A stretch of DNA of 64,000 bases from positions 1,480,142 to 1,544,141 of the forward strand of contig OZ250164.1 of assembly GCA_965237865.1 (NCBI GenBank). Direction: 5' to 3'. This DNA comes from Dehalococcoidia bacterium (GTDB lineage: Bacteria > Chloroflexota > Dehalococcoidia > UBA2979). The notes below the pieces were generated by a model, which worked only from the letters and a program-made list of their open reading frames with translations, made no database searches and was not told the origin of the DNA. Below are positions 17,302 through 27,638 of this stretch, piece by piece. Position 1 is the stretch's first letter. Each line of letters begins with the position of its first letter. The position numbers were made by a program, and so were the translations under genes.

Positions 17302-18516
17302 ATGACCGCGACCGTGGGCCGCTCCGCCCTGCCCGACGAGCGCGGCTACTTCGGCGCCTTCGGCGGGCGCTACGTGCCTGAGACGCTGATGCCCGCGCTC
17401 GGCGAGCTGGAGGAGGCCTACGCCGCCGCCCGCGAGGACGAGTCCTTCCGCGAGGAGCTCGAGCGGCTACTGCGCGACTTCGTCGGCCGGCCCACGCCGA
17501 TCACGCGCGCGGATCGCCTCGCACGGCGGATCGCGGGCGATCGCGCGCCGCTCGTCTACCTCAAGCGCGAGGACCTGACCCACACCGGCGCGCACAAGAT
17601 CAACGCCGCGCTGGCGCAGGGCCTGCTCGCGCAGCGCATGGGCAAGCCGCGCATCGTCGCGGAGACCGGCGCCGGGCAGCACGGCGTGGCGACGGCCACC
17701 GCCTGCGCGCTGCTCGGCCTCGAATGCGTCGTCTACATGGGCGCCGAGGACGTGCGGCGTCAGGCGCTCAACGTCTTCCGCATGAAGCTCCTCGGCGCCG
17801 AGGTGCGTACCGTCGACTCCGGCTCGCGCACGCTCAAGGACGCGATCAACGAGGCGATCCGCGACTGGGTCACGAACGTGCGCAGCACGTACTACCTGCT
17901 CGGCTCGGTCGTGGGGCCGCACCCCTATCCGCTGCTCGTCCGCGACTTCCAGGCCGTGATCGGCCGGGAGGCGCGGGAGCAACTGCTGGAGGCCGAGGGG
18001 CGGCTGCCCTCGATCGCGCTCGCCTGCGTCGGCGGCGGCTCGAACGCGATCGGGCTGTTCCACGCCTTCGTCGAGGACCCCGTGCGCCTGATCGGCGTCG
18101 AGGCGGCGGGCGAGGGCCTTGATGGGCGGCACGCGGCGCCGCTCGCGGCCGGCACGCCCGGGGTACTGCACGGCTCGCGTTCGTACCTGCTGCAGGACGC
18201 GCACGGGCAGGTCACCGAGGCGCACTCGATCTCGGCCGGCCTCGACTACCCCGGCGTCGGACCGGAGCACTCCTGGCTGAAGGTCAGCGAGCGCGCCGAG
18301 TACGTCTCCGCCACGGACGAGGAGGCGCTCGCCGCCTTCCGGCTGCTCAGCGAGACGGAGGGCATCATCCCGGCGCTGGAGCCCGCGCACGCCCTCGCGT
18401 ACCTCGCGAAGCTGCTGCCCGAGCTCGGCGAGGACGAGCTGGTGCTCGTCAACCTCAGCGGACGCGGCGACAAGGACATGGGCACGGTCGCCGACGCGCT
18501 CGGCCTCACGCTCTAG
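17302..18516 (+). CDS. trpB: Tryptophan synthase beta chain
   Basis: Internal ATG. 'GGRYVPETL', '[10 protein letters not shown]' (PLP Lys) and 'GGGSNAIG' are TrpB motifs. Confidence 0.93.
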   Translation: MTATVGRSALPDERGYFGAFGGRYVPETLMPALGELEEAYAAAREDESFREELERLLRDFVGRPTPITRADRLARRIAGDRAPLVYLKREDLTHTGAHKINAALAQGLLAQRMGKPRIVAETGAGQHGVATATACALLGLECVVYMGAEDVRRQALNVFRMKLLGAEVRTVDSGSRTLKDAINEAIRDWVTNVRSTYYLLGSVVGPHPYPLLVRDFQAVIGREAREQLLEAEGRLPSIALACVGGGSNAIGLFHAFVEDPVRLIGVEAAGEGLDGRHAAPLAAGTPGVLHGSRSYLLQDAHGQVTEAHSISAGLDYPGVGPEHSWLKVSERAEYVSATDEEALAAFRLLSETEGIIPALEPAHALAYLAKLLPELGEDELVLVNLSGRGDKDMGTVADALGLTL

Positions 18517-18566
18517 CCAGCGCGCGCCGCGGTGCGGCAGCGCAGGGCGCCTGTTACGCTCGCAAG

Positions 18567-19283
18567 GTGATCGCTGATCGTGCCGAACCGGGGATCGCGA
18601 CGCTCCCGCCGCTGTGGCGCGTGCGCGACATGGTCTCCGCCCTCGCTGTCGTCGTCCTCGCATTCGCCACGCTCGGGATCCTCTTCGCCACCACGGCGGA
18701 GCGAGGCACGGGAGTCAACGCCGCCGGCTTAGCCGCCATCGTCGGCTTCAACCTGCTCCTCGTGGCGACAGTGCTACTGCTCGCAGCGCGGCGCGGGATC
18801 ACGCTGGCCGAACTCGGCTTCGTGCGGCCGCGCGTCTGGGGCCCGATCGCCATCGCCTGGTTCGGGGCCTACGTGATCCTCGGCTGCTACGTCGCCGGCA
18901 TCGCGCTGCTCGACACGCTCGGACTGCCGGTCGAGGCGTTCGAGGGCGGCAATACGATCGACTTCGACCAGAGCCGCGTAGTCCTCGTGGTCGTGCTTGC
19001 GATCGCCACCGTGATCGGGGCGCCGTTCAGCGAGGAGCTGCTGTTCCGAGGACTGTTGCATCGCGGGCTGCGCGGCTACTGGCGTCCGCTTCCGGCGATG
19101 GCGCTGAGCGGGGCGCTGTTCGGCATCTTCCACGTGAACCTCGCCGTGCTGGTGCCGTTCGCCTTCATCGGCGTGCTGTGGGCGTGGGCCTACGAGGAGT
19201 CCGGCTCGCTCTGGACGACGATCACGGCACACGCCGGCGTCAACGGCGTCGCGTTCGCCGCTACACTGATCTTCCTCGATTGA
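18567..19283 (+). CDS. CPBP-family (CAAX/Abi) intramembrane metalloprotease inserted between trpB and trpA
   Basis: Multi-TM protein. 'EELLFRGLL' and 'FGIFHVN' are the CPBP motifs 1 and 2. The probable start is the ATG at 18630. Confidence 0.75.
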   Translation: MIADRAEPGIATLPPLWRVRDMVSALAVVVLAFATLGILFATTAERGTGVNAAGLAAIVGFNLLLVATVLLLAARRGITLAELGFVRPRVWGPIAIAWFGAYVILGCYVAGIALLDTLGLPVEAFEGGNTIDFDQSRVVLVVVLAIATVIGAPFSEELLFRGLLHRGLRGYWRPLPAMALSGALFGIFHVNLAVLVPFAFIGVLWAWAYEESGSLWTTITAHAGVNGVAFAATLIFLD

Positions 19284-19310
19284 GGTGACAGCCCTGGGTG
19301 AGCGCCGTCC

Positions 19311-20123
19311 ATGAGTGATCGCATCGCGCAGTTGTTCGAGCGCACGCGGGCCGAGGGCCGGCCGGCCCTGATCGCGTTCGTGCCCGGCTGCTGGCCCGAG
19401 CCGGACGCCACGCCCGGAATCGTGCGCGCGCTGCTCGAAGGCGGCGCCGACGCCGTCGAGCTGGGCGTGCCCTTCAGCGACCCGCTCGCCGACGGCGTCA
19501 CGAACCAGGCCGCCTACCAGCAGGCGCTCGACGCCGGCGTGACCCAGGACGACGTGCTCGCCAGTGTCCGCACGCTGCGCGAGGACGGCGTCTCCGCGCC
19601 GCTGCTGCTGATGGGATACTTCAACCCGATGCTCGCTCCGGGAACGGAGTCGTTCGCGCGGATGGCCGCGGAGGCCGGAGTCGACGGCCTGATCGTCGTC
19701 GACCTGCCCGTCGAGGAGGCGGAGGAGCTGGCGGAGCCCGCGAGGGCGAACGGCGTGCATCTCGTCTACCTGCTCGCGCCGACCTCGACCGCGGAGCGCA
19801 TCGCGGCCGTCGGGGAGCGCGGCAGCGGCTTCGTCTACTGTGTGAGCGTGACCGGCGTGACCGGAACGCGCGCGCAGCTCCCGGCGGAGCTTCCGTCGTT
19901 CATCGCGCGGGTGCGCGAGCGCGCCTCGCTCCCGCTCGCGGTAGGCTTCGGCATCTCGGCGCGCGAGCATGTCGAGGAGGTCGGCCGCATCGCCGACGCC
20001 GCGATCGTCGGCAGCGCGGTCGTGCAGACGATCCAGGAAGCGCCCATCGAGCGGCGTCATGAGGCGGTGCGCAGCCTGATGGAGCGGCTGAGCGGGCGCG
20101 CAGGGGAGGCGGCAGCGTCATGA
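19311..20123 (+). CDS. trpA: Tryptophan synthase alpha chain
   Basis: 270 aa. 'AFVPGCWPEPD', 'GADAVELGVPFSDPLADG' and 'GFGIS' match TrpA. Confidence 0.92.
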   Translation: MSDRIAQLFERTRAEGRPALIAFVPGCWPEPDATPGIVRALLEGGADAVELGVPFSDPLADGVTNQAAYQQALDAGVTQDDVLASVRTLREDGVSAPLLLMGYFNPMLAPGTESFARMAAEAGVDGLIVVDLPVEEAEELAEPARANGVHLVYLLAPTSTAERIAAVGERGSGFVYCVSVTGVTGTRAQLPAELPSFIARVRERASLPLAVGFGISAREHVEEVGRIADAAIVGSAVVQTIQEAPIERRHEAVRSLMERLSGRAGEAAAS

Positions 20124-20509
20124 TGGTTCGTGGCATCCGAGGCGCCACCTCCGTGCGCGCGAACACGCGCGAGGCGATCCTCGAGGCGAGCGCGGAGCTG
20201 CTGCAGGCCGTCGTCGAGGCGAACGGCGTCGAGCGCTCACACATCGCCTCGGTATTCTTCACGACGACGACGGACCTCAACGCCGAGTTCCCCGCAGTCG
20301 CCGCGCGCGCGGCGGGATGGAGCGACGTGCCGCTGCTCTGCGGCCACGAGATGGCCGTGCCCGGCGGGCTGCCTCGCTGCCTGCGGCTGCTGATGCACGT
20401 CAACACGGACCGCCCGCCCGAGGAGATCCAGCACGTCTACCTGCACGAAGCGACCGCGCTGCGCCCCGACATCGCCGGGGCGGCCGACCGGAAGGACGGC
20501 GGCCCGTGA
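20120..20509 (+). CDS. aroH: Monofunctional AroH-class chorismate mutase
   Basis: 129 aa. 'MVRGIRGATSV' is the AroH N-terminal signature. The gene overlaps trpA and the DAHP synthase gene. Confidence 0.8.
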   Translation: MMVRGIRGATSVRANTREAILEASAELLQAVVEANGVERSHIASVFFTTTTDLNAEFPAVAARAAGWSDVPLLCGHEMAVPGGLPRCLRLLMHVNTDRPPEEIQHVYLHEATALRPDIAGAADRKDGGP

Positions 20510-21546
20510 TCGTCGTGATGCGCATCGACAGCGGCGACGAACAGAGCGCCGGCGTGCTGCAACGCATCGAGTCCTTCGGGCTGCAGGGCGAGGTCATCCA
20601 CGGTGAGCAGCGCAAGGTGATCGCCGTGCTCGGGCAGGTCTTCCCGGACCTGCGCGACGAACTGGCGACGATGGACGGCGTGGACCAGGTGCTGCGCGTC
20701 TCGCGCCCCTACAAGCTCGCCAGCCGCGAGGTGCGCGAGAGCGACACCGTCGTCGATCTCGCATACGGGGTCAGCGTCGGGAGCGGTCGTCCGGTCGTGA
20801 TAGCGGGGCCATGTGCGATCGAGTCGGAGGAGCAGTTGCGCGAGACCGCGGCGCAGGTCAGGCAGGCCGGCGCGCACATCCTGCGCGGAGGCGCCTTCAA
20901 GCCGCGCACCTCGCCCTACTCCTTCCGCGGACTCGGCCTCGAGGCGCTCGAGATGCTGCACAGCGCGGGCCGCGAGTTCGGGATGCCGGTGATCACGGAG
21001 CTGCTCTCCGAGCGCGACGTGGACGTCGTCTCGCAGCACTCGGACGTGCTGCAGATCGGCGCGCGCAACATGCAGAACTACGTGCTGCTCTCCGAGGCCG
21101 GCAAGACCGGCAAACCAGTGATGCTGAAGCGCGGGCTCGCCGCCACCATCGAGGAGTGGCTGCTCTCCGCGGAGTACGTGCTCACCCAGGGCAACCGCAA
21201 CGTGATCCTCTGCGAGCGCGGCGTGCGCACCTTCGAGACCGCGACGCGCAACACGCTCGACCTCAACGCCGTTGCACTCGTGAAGCGGCTCAGCCACCTG
21301 CCCGTGATCGTCGACCCCTCGCACGGGACGGGGCACTGGTACCTGGTGCGGCCGATGGCGACCGCCGGCCTGGCCGTCGGCGCGGACGGGCTGATGATCG
21401 AGGTGCACCCGGACCCGGATCGGGCGCTCTCGGACGGGGCGCAGTCGCTCACCCCGGAGCACTTCGACGAGCTGATGCAGGAGGCCTCGGCGCTCGCTCG
21501 CGCGATCGGCCGCCCGCTCGCCGAGCGCCCGCTGGGCGCGGCCTGA
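20506..21546 (+). CDS. 3-deoxy-7-phosphoheptulonate (DAHP) synthase, type I-beta, with an N-terminal regulatory domain
   Basis: GTG start. ~70-aa N-terminal ferredoxin/ACT-like domain '[10 protein letters not shown]..'. KDO8PS/DAHPS core motifs '[10 protein letters not shown]', '[15 protein letters not shown]' and 'DPSHGTG'. Confidence 0.85.
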   Translation: MIVVMRIDSGDEQSAGVLQRIESFGLQGEVIHGEQRKVIAVLGQVFPDLRDELATMDGVDQVLRVSRPYKLASREVRESDTVVDLAYGVSVGSGRPVVIAGPCAIESEEQLRETAAQVRQAGAHILRGGAFKPRTSPYSFRGLGLEALEMLHSAGREFGMPVITELLSERDVDVVSQHSDVLQIGARNMQNYVLLSEAGKTGKPVMLKRGLAATIEEWLLSAEYVLTQGNRNVILCERGVRTFETATRNTLDLNAVALVKRLSHLPVIVDPSHGTGHWYLVRPMATAGLAVGADGLMIEVHPDPDRALSDGAQSLTPEHFDELMQEASALARAIGRPLAERPLGAA

Positions 21547-21560
21547 CGACGGCGCGCTCG

Positions 21561-22433
21561 ATGACCGCGCCGCACGCCGCCGATCAGCCTCCCGCGGACC
21601 AGGCCCCGGCAGCGCCCGCCGCGGACACACGCCCGCCTGGGACCGGCACGCAGGAGGACGACGCGTTCGCCCTCGATCTGCCGCGCTTCCAGGGCCCGCT
21701 CGCGCTGCTGCTGCACCTGATCGAGCGGCGCGAGCTGGACATCACCGAGGTTTCGCTCGTCTCCGTCGCCGAGCAGTACCTGGCGCACGTCCGTGCCGGC
21801 GACGGCATCGACCTCGGCGCGCTGGCCTCGTTCATCTCGATGGGCGCGCGGCTGCTGCTGCTGAAGTCGCGCGCGTTGCTGCCGTCCGACCCCGACGAAG
21901 GCGAGGACGAGGACGAGGACCGCGATCCGCAGTCGCTGCTCGACGCGTTGGTCGAGTACCGCCGCTACCGCCGTGCCGCCGAGCACCTGCGCGGCCTCGA
22001 GGACGAGCACCGCAGCGCCTACCGCCGCGAGGCCGCCCCGCCGGAAGTGCCCCCTGCGAGCGGGCTCGATGGCGTCACCACGGACCAGCTCTACGCGCTG
22101 TTCCGCGACGCGCTGGCACGGCTCCCCAAGGAGGAGCCGCCGCCCGAACTGGAGCGCGAGAGCGTGCTGCTGCGCGATCGAGTCTCGCTGCTCGCGGAGC
22201 GCCTCGAGCGCGAGCGCACGGTCTCCTTCCGCGACCTGATTGGCGCGGCGACCTCGCGACTGGTCGTGATCGTCGATTTCCTCGCGGTGCTGGACCTGAT
22301 CCGCCAAGGCTTCCTGGAGGCGCGCCAGGACGGCGCGTTCGGCGAGATCACCCTCGCGCGCATCGAGGGCGCCGCGCCGCATGCCTCGCCGCAGGCCTCA
22401 CTGCCCGCCGTGGGGGATCCTGGCGACGAATAG
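21561..22433 (+). CDS. scpA: Segregation and condensation protein A
   Basis: '[37 protein letters not shown]' is the ScpA N-terminal signature. No scpB follows. Confidence 0.8.
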   Translation: MTAPHAADQPPADQAPAAPAADTRPPGTGTQEDDAFALDLPRFQGPLALLLHLIERRELDITEVSLVSVAEQYLAHVRAGDGIDLGALASFISMGARLLLLKSRALLPSDPDEGEDEDEDRDPQSLLDALVEYRRYRRAAEHLRGLEDEHRSAYRREAAPPEVPPASGLDGVTTDQLYALFRDALARLPKEEPPPELERESVLLRDRVSLLAERLERERTVSFRDLIGAATSRLVVIVDFLAVLDLIRQGFLEARQDGAFGEITLARIEGAAPHASPQASLPAVGDPGDE

Positions 22434-22537
22434 CGAGGTTCGCGAGCGCACGCTGGTTTGAAGTAGCGATCCGGCCGGTGCTACGATCCATGCTCACGGT
22501 CGCGCCGCCGGCGGCCAAGAGGGGATAAGCCCACCAC

Positions 22538-23458
22538 GTGCTGCTCATTCGCGAAGAGCTGCGCCGCGCCGCCACGCCGGGTGCGCACGCCCTGACGCTC
22601 GGCGTCTTCGACGGGGTCCACCGCGGCCACCGCTTGCTCTTCGAGCGGCTGCGCGCCGAGGCCGCCGCCCGCCAGATCGGCGCCGGCATCGTCACCTTCC
22701 ACCCCCACCCGATCACCGTGCTCCGCCCCGAGATCGAGATCTCCTACCTCACCTCCCTCGAAACGCGCGTCGAACAGCTCCGCACGACCGGCGTCGATTT
22801 CGTGGCCGTCGTGCAGTTCACCTCGGAGCTGGCGCAGGTCTCCGCCGAGGACTTCGCGCGCATCCTCGTCGAGGAGACCGGGCTCAAGCTGGTCGTCGCG
22901 GGGCGCGACTTCGCCCTCGGACGCAACCGCGAGGGCACGCCCGAGCGCCTCGCCGCGCTGGGCCTCGACCTCGGCTTCGAGGTGCAACCGATCGAGCTGC
23001 TGCCGGAGGACGGCGCGCCGGTCTCCTCGACACGCGTGCGCGAGGCACTGGCGGCCGGCTCGATGGCGGAGGCGGCGGACCTGCTCGGCCGCCCCTTCGC
23101 GCTGCGCGGCCCGATCGTTCACGGCGAGGAGCGCGGCCGCACGATCGGCTTCCCGACGATCAACCTCGGCCTCAGCCCCGACCTCGCGCTTCCCGCCGAC
23201 GGCGTCTACGTCTCGCGCACCGAGGTCGGCGGCCGCCGCCTCGAGAGCTGCACGAACATCGGCATGCGTCCCACCTTCGACGGCCTGCGGCGCTCGGTGG
23301 AGACGCACCTGCTGGATTTCGAGGGCGACCTCTACGACCGCGTCGCCTCGGTGGAGTTGCTGCACCGCCTGCGCCCCGAGCAGAAGTTCGACGGTCCTGA
23401 GGCGCTGATCGCGCAGATCGGCCGGGACGTCGAGGAGACGCGAGCCTGGTTCGCATGA
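22538..23458 (+). CDS. ribF: Bifunctional riboflavin kinase / FMN adenylyltransferase
   Basis: 'LTLGVFDGVHRGH' (FAD synthetase) and C-terminal 'GRTIGFPTINL' (riboflavin kinase). Confidence 0.88.
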   Translation: MLLIREELRRAATPGAHALTLGVFDGVHRGHRLLFERLRAEAAARQIGAGIVTFHPHPITVLRPEIEISYLTSLETRVEQLRTTGVDFVAVVQFTSELAQVSAEDFARILVEETGLKLVVAGRDFALGRNREGTPERLAALGLDLGFEVQPIELLPEDGAPVSSTRVREALAAGSMAEAADLLGRPFALRGPIVHGEERGRTIGFPTINLGLSPDLALPADGVYVSRTEVGGRRLESCTNIGMRPTFDGLRRSVETHLLDFEGDLYDRVASVELLHRLRPEQKFDGPEALIAQIGRDVEETRAWFA

Positions 23459-24696
23459 GCGCCGCGATCGATCAGCAGCTCGCCGCGATCATGCGCGGCG
23501 CCGAGTTCGGCGACGAGGCGACGCGCCGCACGATGGAGCGGGAACTGCGCGAGCGACTCGCCGAGGGCCGCCCGCTGCGCGTCTACTGCGGCTACGACCC
23601 GACCGCCGTCGATCTGCACCTCGGTCACACGCTGACGATGCGCAAGCTGCGCACCTTCCAGGACCTCGGCCACGAGGTGACGTTCCTGATCGGCAACTTC
23701 ACCAGCCTCGTCAGCGACCCCTCGGACAAGAACAAGACCCGCCCGATGCTCTCGCCCGAGGAGATCGAGGCGAACAGCCGCACCTACGTGGACCAGGTGT
23801 TCCGCATCCTTGACCGGGAGCGCACAATCGTGCGCCGCAACGCCGACTGGCTCGGCAAGCTCAGCTTCGGCGACGTGCTGCGCCTCGCCTCGCACTTCAC
23901 GGTGGCGCAGTTCCTCGAGCGCGACAGCCTCGCCCGCCGCTTCGAGCGCCACGACCCGATCCAGGTCAGCGAGTTCCTCTACGCGCTGATGCAGGCCTAC
24001 GACGCGGTCGCGATGGAGACCGACGTGCAGGTCGGCGGCAGCGACCAGCTCTTCAACCTCATGGCCGGCCGCCAGCTCCAGCGCGAGTACGGCCAACGCC
24101 CGCAGATCGCGATCACGCTGCCGCTCCTCGCCGGCACCGACGGCCACGAGAAGATGTCGAAGTCGCTCGGCAATCACATCGGCATCGACGAGCCTCCGAA
24201 CGAGCTGTTCGGCAAGGTGATGTCGATCCCCGACGACTCAATGCTCAACTACTTCACGCTGCTCACGGACCTCTCGGGCGTGGAGATCGAGGCGCTCCTG
24301 GCGGGCTCGCCGATGGAGGCCAAGAAGCGCCTCGCCTTCGAGATCACCGCCGGGCTGCACGACGCCGCAGACGCCGAGGCCGCGCGCGACTACTTCGAGT
24401 CGACGTTCCAGCGCCGCCAGACGCCCGACGAGATGCAGGAGTACGCGCTCGCCTCCGAAGGCGCGCCCGAGCCCGCGGGACGCCTCGATCGCGTGCTGGT
24501 CGACTCCGGGCTGGCGAAGAGCGGGGCTGAGGTGCGGCGGCTCGTCGAGCAGGGCGCGGTGCGGGTCAACGGCGAGCCGGCAGACGCGTTCGACCGCGCG
24601 GTCCACCCCGGCGACGAGCTGCGCGTGGGGCGCCGGCGCTTCCTGCGGCTGGTCGCGAGCCCCGCCGGCGCACAGTCAGGAACACCCGATGCTTGA
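23455..24696 (+). CDS. tyrS: Tyrosyl-tRNA synthetase
   Basis: Class-I 'HLGH' motif in 'YCGYDPTAVDLHLGHTL'. 'KMSKS' is present. C-terminal S4-like domain. Confidence 0.92.
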   Translation: MSAAIDQQLAAIMRGAEFGDEATRRTMERELRERLAEGRPLRVYCGYDPTAVDLHLGHTLTMRKLRTFQDLGHEVTFLIGNFTSLVSDPSDKNKTRPMLSPEEIEANSRTYVDQVFRILDRERTIVRRNADWLGKLSFGDVLRLASHFTVAQFLERDSLARRFERHDPIQVSEFLYALMQAYDAVAMETDVQVGGSDQLFNLMAGRQLQREYGQRPQIAITLPLLAGTDGHEKMSKSLGNHIGIDEPPNELFGKVMSIPDDSMLNYFTLLTDLSGVEIEALLAGSPMEAKKRLAFEITAGLHDAADAEAARDYFESTFQRRQTPDEMQEYALASEGAPEPAGRLDRVLVDSGLAKSGAEVRRLVEQGAVRVNGEPADAFDRAVHPGDELRVGRRRFLRLVASPAGAQSGTPDA

Positions 24697-25147
24697 CGGA
24701 GGCTACGAACTCGACATCGAGGGCATCTGCGAGAGCATCGACGAAGCCGCGGTCGTCACGCTGTACTTCCCGATGCTGCGCTCGACCCTGCTGATGGACA
24801 CGCGCGCGGGCAAGTTCGTCCGCCCCTACATCGGCATCGTGCCGATGGCGCGCAGCTCCGCGGACCGCTTCGAGTCGCTCAAGCGGCTGCGTCCGCGGCT
24901 GCCACGCCCTGACTCGATCACGATGATCCCCTGGGCACGGCGCGTCGGAGCGCTCGAGGACGTCGGCGTCTGGGAGCGCCTGATCGCGCGCCTGGGCGAG
25001 GCCGGCAGCTCGGCGGAGTTGGCGCGCGCGGGGGACTGCCTCGCGCAGCTCTACGCCCTCGAGCAGCAGGAACTCGGCAACGCAATCCGCGGCCGCCAGT
25101 ACGAGACGATCTGGCGCAACCCGGAGCTCGGCCCCGCGACGGCCTGA
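24689..25147 (+). CDS. Hypothetical protein (152 aa)
   Basis: ORF overlaps the tyrS stop. No recognisable motifs. Confidence 0.35.
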   Translation: MLDGGYELDIEGICESIDEAAVVTLYFPMLRSTLLMDTRAGKFVRPYIGIVPMARSSADRFESLKRLRPRLPRPDSITMIPWARRVGALEDVGVWERLIARLGEAGSSAELARAGDCLAQLYALEQQELGNAIRGRQYETIWRNPELGPATA

Positions 25148-25169
25148 GGCGGCCCGCGGGCCCTCCGGC

Positions 25170-27221
25170 TCAGGCCTCGGCGGCGGCCCGGAGCTCCTTC
25201 AGCACCTGCTCCTGCACGTGCACCGGAACCTCGGAGTAGCGGTCCACGGCGACCGTGAAGGTGCCGCGGCCGTTGGTCATCGAGCGCAGGTCCGGGCCGT
25301 AGCGCTGGATCTCGGCGAGCGGGGCCTCGCCGTTGATCACGCTGTAGTCGCCCTCGGTGTCCACGCCGTGGACCTGGCCGCGACGGCCGTTGAGGTCGCT
25401 CATCACGTCGCCGACACGGTCGCCGGGAACGCGCACCACGAGCCGCACGATCGGCTCGAGCAGGATCGGCTGCGCGTCGAGGAAGCCCTGCTTCAGCGCC
25501 TGCGAGGCGGCCAGCTTGAACGCCATCTCCGAGGAGTCCACCGAGTGCGATGAGCCGTCGAGCAGCGTCACGCGCACATCGACGATCGGCGCGTGCGCGA
25601 GCGGGCCGTCCGGCAGCGCCTCCATCAGGCCCTTCTCGACCGCCGGGATGAACTGCCTGGGCACGTTGCCACCGACGACCTTCTGCTCGAAGGTGAAGCC
25701 CGCACCGCGCTCGGCCGGGTCGACCTCGATGACGACGTGCCCGTACTGGCCGTGCCCGCCGGTCTGCTTCTTGTGCTTGTACTCGGCCTTTGCCTTGGTC
25801 GTAACCGTCTCGCGGTACGGCACGATCGGGATCGTCACGTCGACCTCGACACCGTAGTTCTTCTCGAGGCGCGCGGCCGTGATGTTGGCCTGCGCGTCGC
25901 CGATCGTGGACATCACCGTCTCGCTCGTGTTCGCGTCGCGGGCGACGACGAGCGTCGGATCCTGCTCGACCAGCCGCTGGAGGGCGGAGGAGAGCTTGTC
26001 GACGTCAGCCTTCGTCTTCGGATGGAGTGCGGAACGGAACGTCGCCTCGGGGAAGGGGAGCGCCGGTACGCGCTCGCTCTGCGCCTCGCCGCCGAGCAGC
26101 GTGTCGCCGGTCATCGTCTCGGCGAGCTTGGCCGCGACGCCGATGTCGCCTGCACTCAGCTGGTTCGTCTCGATCTGCTCCTTGCCGCGCTGGATGAAGA
26201 GGTGGCCCAGGCGCTCTCTGCTGCGCCGCTCCGGGTTGTAGGGGTTGGCGTCCGGCGTGAGCACGCCGCTCAGCACCTTCATGAACGTCAGCCTGCCGAC
26301 GAAGGGGTCCGCCGCCGTCTTGAAGACGTGCACCACCAGCGGCCCCGAGGGGTCCGCCGTGCAGGCGCCGTCCGCCAGCTCGTGCTCCCGGCCGAGCGGC
26401 GAGGGCAGCAGCCGCGCGAGCTCGTTCAGCAGCGTCCGCACGCCGACGCCGCTGACGGCGCAGACCGGCAGCACGGGCACGACGTCCCCCGCCGCTACCG
26501 CCGCCGCCAGCACCGCCGCGACGCGCTCGGGCGGAAGCTCCTCGCCCTCGAGGTAGAGCTCGAGCAGCTCGTCGTCGGTTTCGGCGATCGACTCGATCAG
26601 CTGCTCGCGCGCGGCCTCGATCGCATCCGCGAGATCGGCGGGCGCCTCGCCGGGGGTCGCGTCGGCGCCCATGCGCGCGTCGCCGCTGGCGAGGTGCACG
26701 ATGCCCTCGAACGTGGCGGCGGTCCCGATCGGGATCGCCAGCGGGACCACCTTCACGCCGAAGCGATCGCGCAGCTCGTCGAGCACCTGCTCGAAGTTCG
26801 CGTGCTCGCGGTCCATCCGCGTGACGGCGATGAAGCGGGGCAGGCCGCGCGCCTCGGCCTGGCTCCACGCGAGCTCGGCGCCCGCCTCGATGCCGGCGGA
26901 GGCGTCGACGGCGATGAGCGCGGAGTCGGCGGCGGCGAGACCGCTCACGACCTCGCCGATGAAGTCGGCGTAGCCGGGCGTGTCGATGATGTTGAGGCGC
27001 TGCCCGGCCCACTCGACGGGCAGCATCGAGAGCGAGATGGAGTAGGTGCGGGCGTGCTCCTCGGGGTCGTAGTCGGAGACGGTGTTGCCGTCCTCGACGC
27101 GGCCGAGGCGGTTGGTGACGCCGGAGGCGAAGAGCATCGCCTCGCCCAGCATCGTCTTCCCCGCCCCGCTGTGCCCCAGCAGGACGACGTTGCGAAGCTG
27201 TTCGGACGTGTAGGCGTTCAT
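25170..27221 (-). CDS. Elongation factor G-family translational GTPase (EF-G paralog)
   Basis: Start 'MNAYTSEQLRNVVLLGHSGAGKTML' carries the G1 motif. 'DTPGYADF' is G3. Five-domain EF-G architecture. The rest of the ribosomal str operon is absent. Confidence 0.85.
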   Translation of the reverse strand: MNAYTSEQLRNVVLLGHSGAGKTMLGEAMLFASGVTNRLGRVEDGNTVSDYDPEEHARTYSISLSMLPVEWAGQRLNIIDTPGYADFIGEVVSGLAAADSALIAVDASAGIEAGAELAWSQAEARGLPRFIAVTRMDREHANFEQVLDELRDRFGVKVVPLAIPIGTAATFEGIVHLASGDARMGADATPGEAPADLADAIEAAREQLIESIAETDDELLELYLEGEELPPERVAAVLAAAVAAGDVVPVLPVCAVSGVGVRTLLNELARLLPSPLGREHELADGACTADPSGPLVVHVFKTAADPFVGRLTFMKVLSGVLTPDANPYNPERRSRERLGHLFIQRGKEQIETNQLSAGDIGVAAKLAETMTGDTLLGGEAQSERVPALPFPEATFRSALHPKTKADVDKLSSALQRLVEQDPTLVVARDANTSETVMSTIGDAQANITAARLEKNYGVEVDVTIPIVPYRETVTTKAKAEYKHKKQTGGHGQYGHVVIEVDPAERGAGFTFEQKVVGGNVPRQFIPAVEKGLMEALPDGPLAHAPIVDVRVTLLDGSSHSVDSSEMAFKLAASQALKQGFLDAQPILLEPIVRLVVRVPGDRVGDVMSDLNGRRGQVHGVDTEGDYSVINGEAPLAEIQRYGPDLRSMTNGRGTFTVAVDRYSEVPVHVQEQVLKELRAAAEA

Positions 27222-27370
27222 CGTGTCGGCACCCCCTGCGCGCACGTGGTGGCGGGATAGTACCGCGCGGGGGGTAGGCGAGACTAGCGGACAGGGTGCG
27301 GGGCGGCGTGCCGGACGCGGTAGTACGATATCCCGCCAGCCCACCAACTGGCCGTAGGGAATTCCTGCTG

Positions 27371-27631
27371 ATGCCTCTGACGCTACTCCAGAACGAGCTT
27401 CTGCTCACCCTGAACGCTTACCTTGCTAGTGAGATAGATCTGGACGCGGTTCGCGGCTGGGAAGTCTCGGTTACGGACAGCAGCGAGATCGGTCCTGCTG
27501 AGGCGGAGATGATCGAACGCCTCGCGCTGATCGCGGAAACCGTCGTGAGCGGGGCCGCAGATGAGGGTCTCTTCGCTACCGAGGCTCGCCGTCTCGCGGA
27601 ACGCCTGGAGGCAGAGCCCACCCGCGCGTGA
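27371..27631 (+). CDS. Hypothetical small protein (86 aa)
   Basis: Internal ATG of ORF 27296..27631. No motifs recognised. Confidence 0.3.
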   Translation: MPLTLLQNELLLTLNAYLASEIDLDAVRGWEVSVTDSSEIGPAEAEMIERLALIAETVVSGAADEGLFATEARRLAERLEAEPTRA

Positions 27632-27638
27632 CGGGCCG

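Noticed and set aside
21546-22540. Expected scpB downstream of scpA
   Set aside because: No ScpB-like ORF is present. ribF follows after a 105-bp gap. The absence is noted but not a feature.
25593-27260. 555-aa plus-strand ORF antisense to the EF-G paralog
   Set aside because: It is antisense to a gene with clear GTPase motifs. Low-complexity translation.
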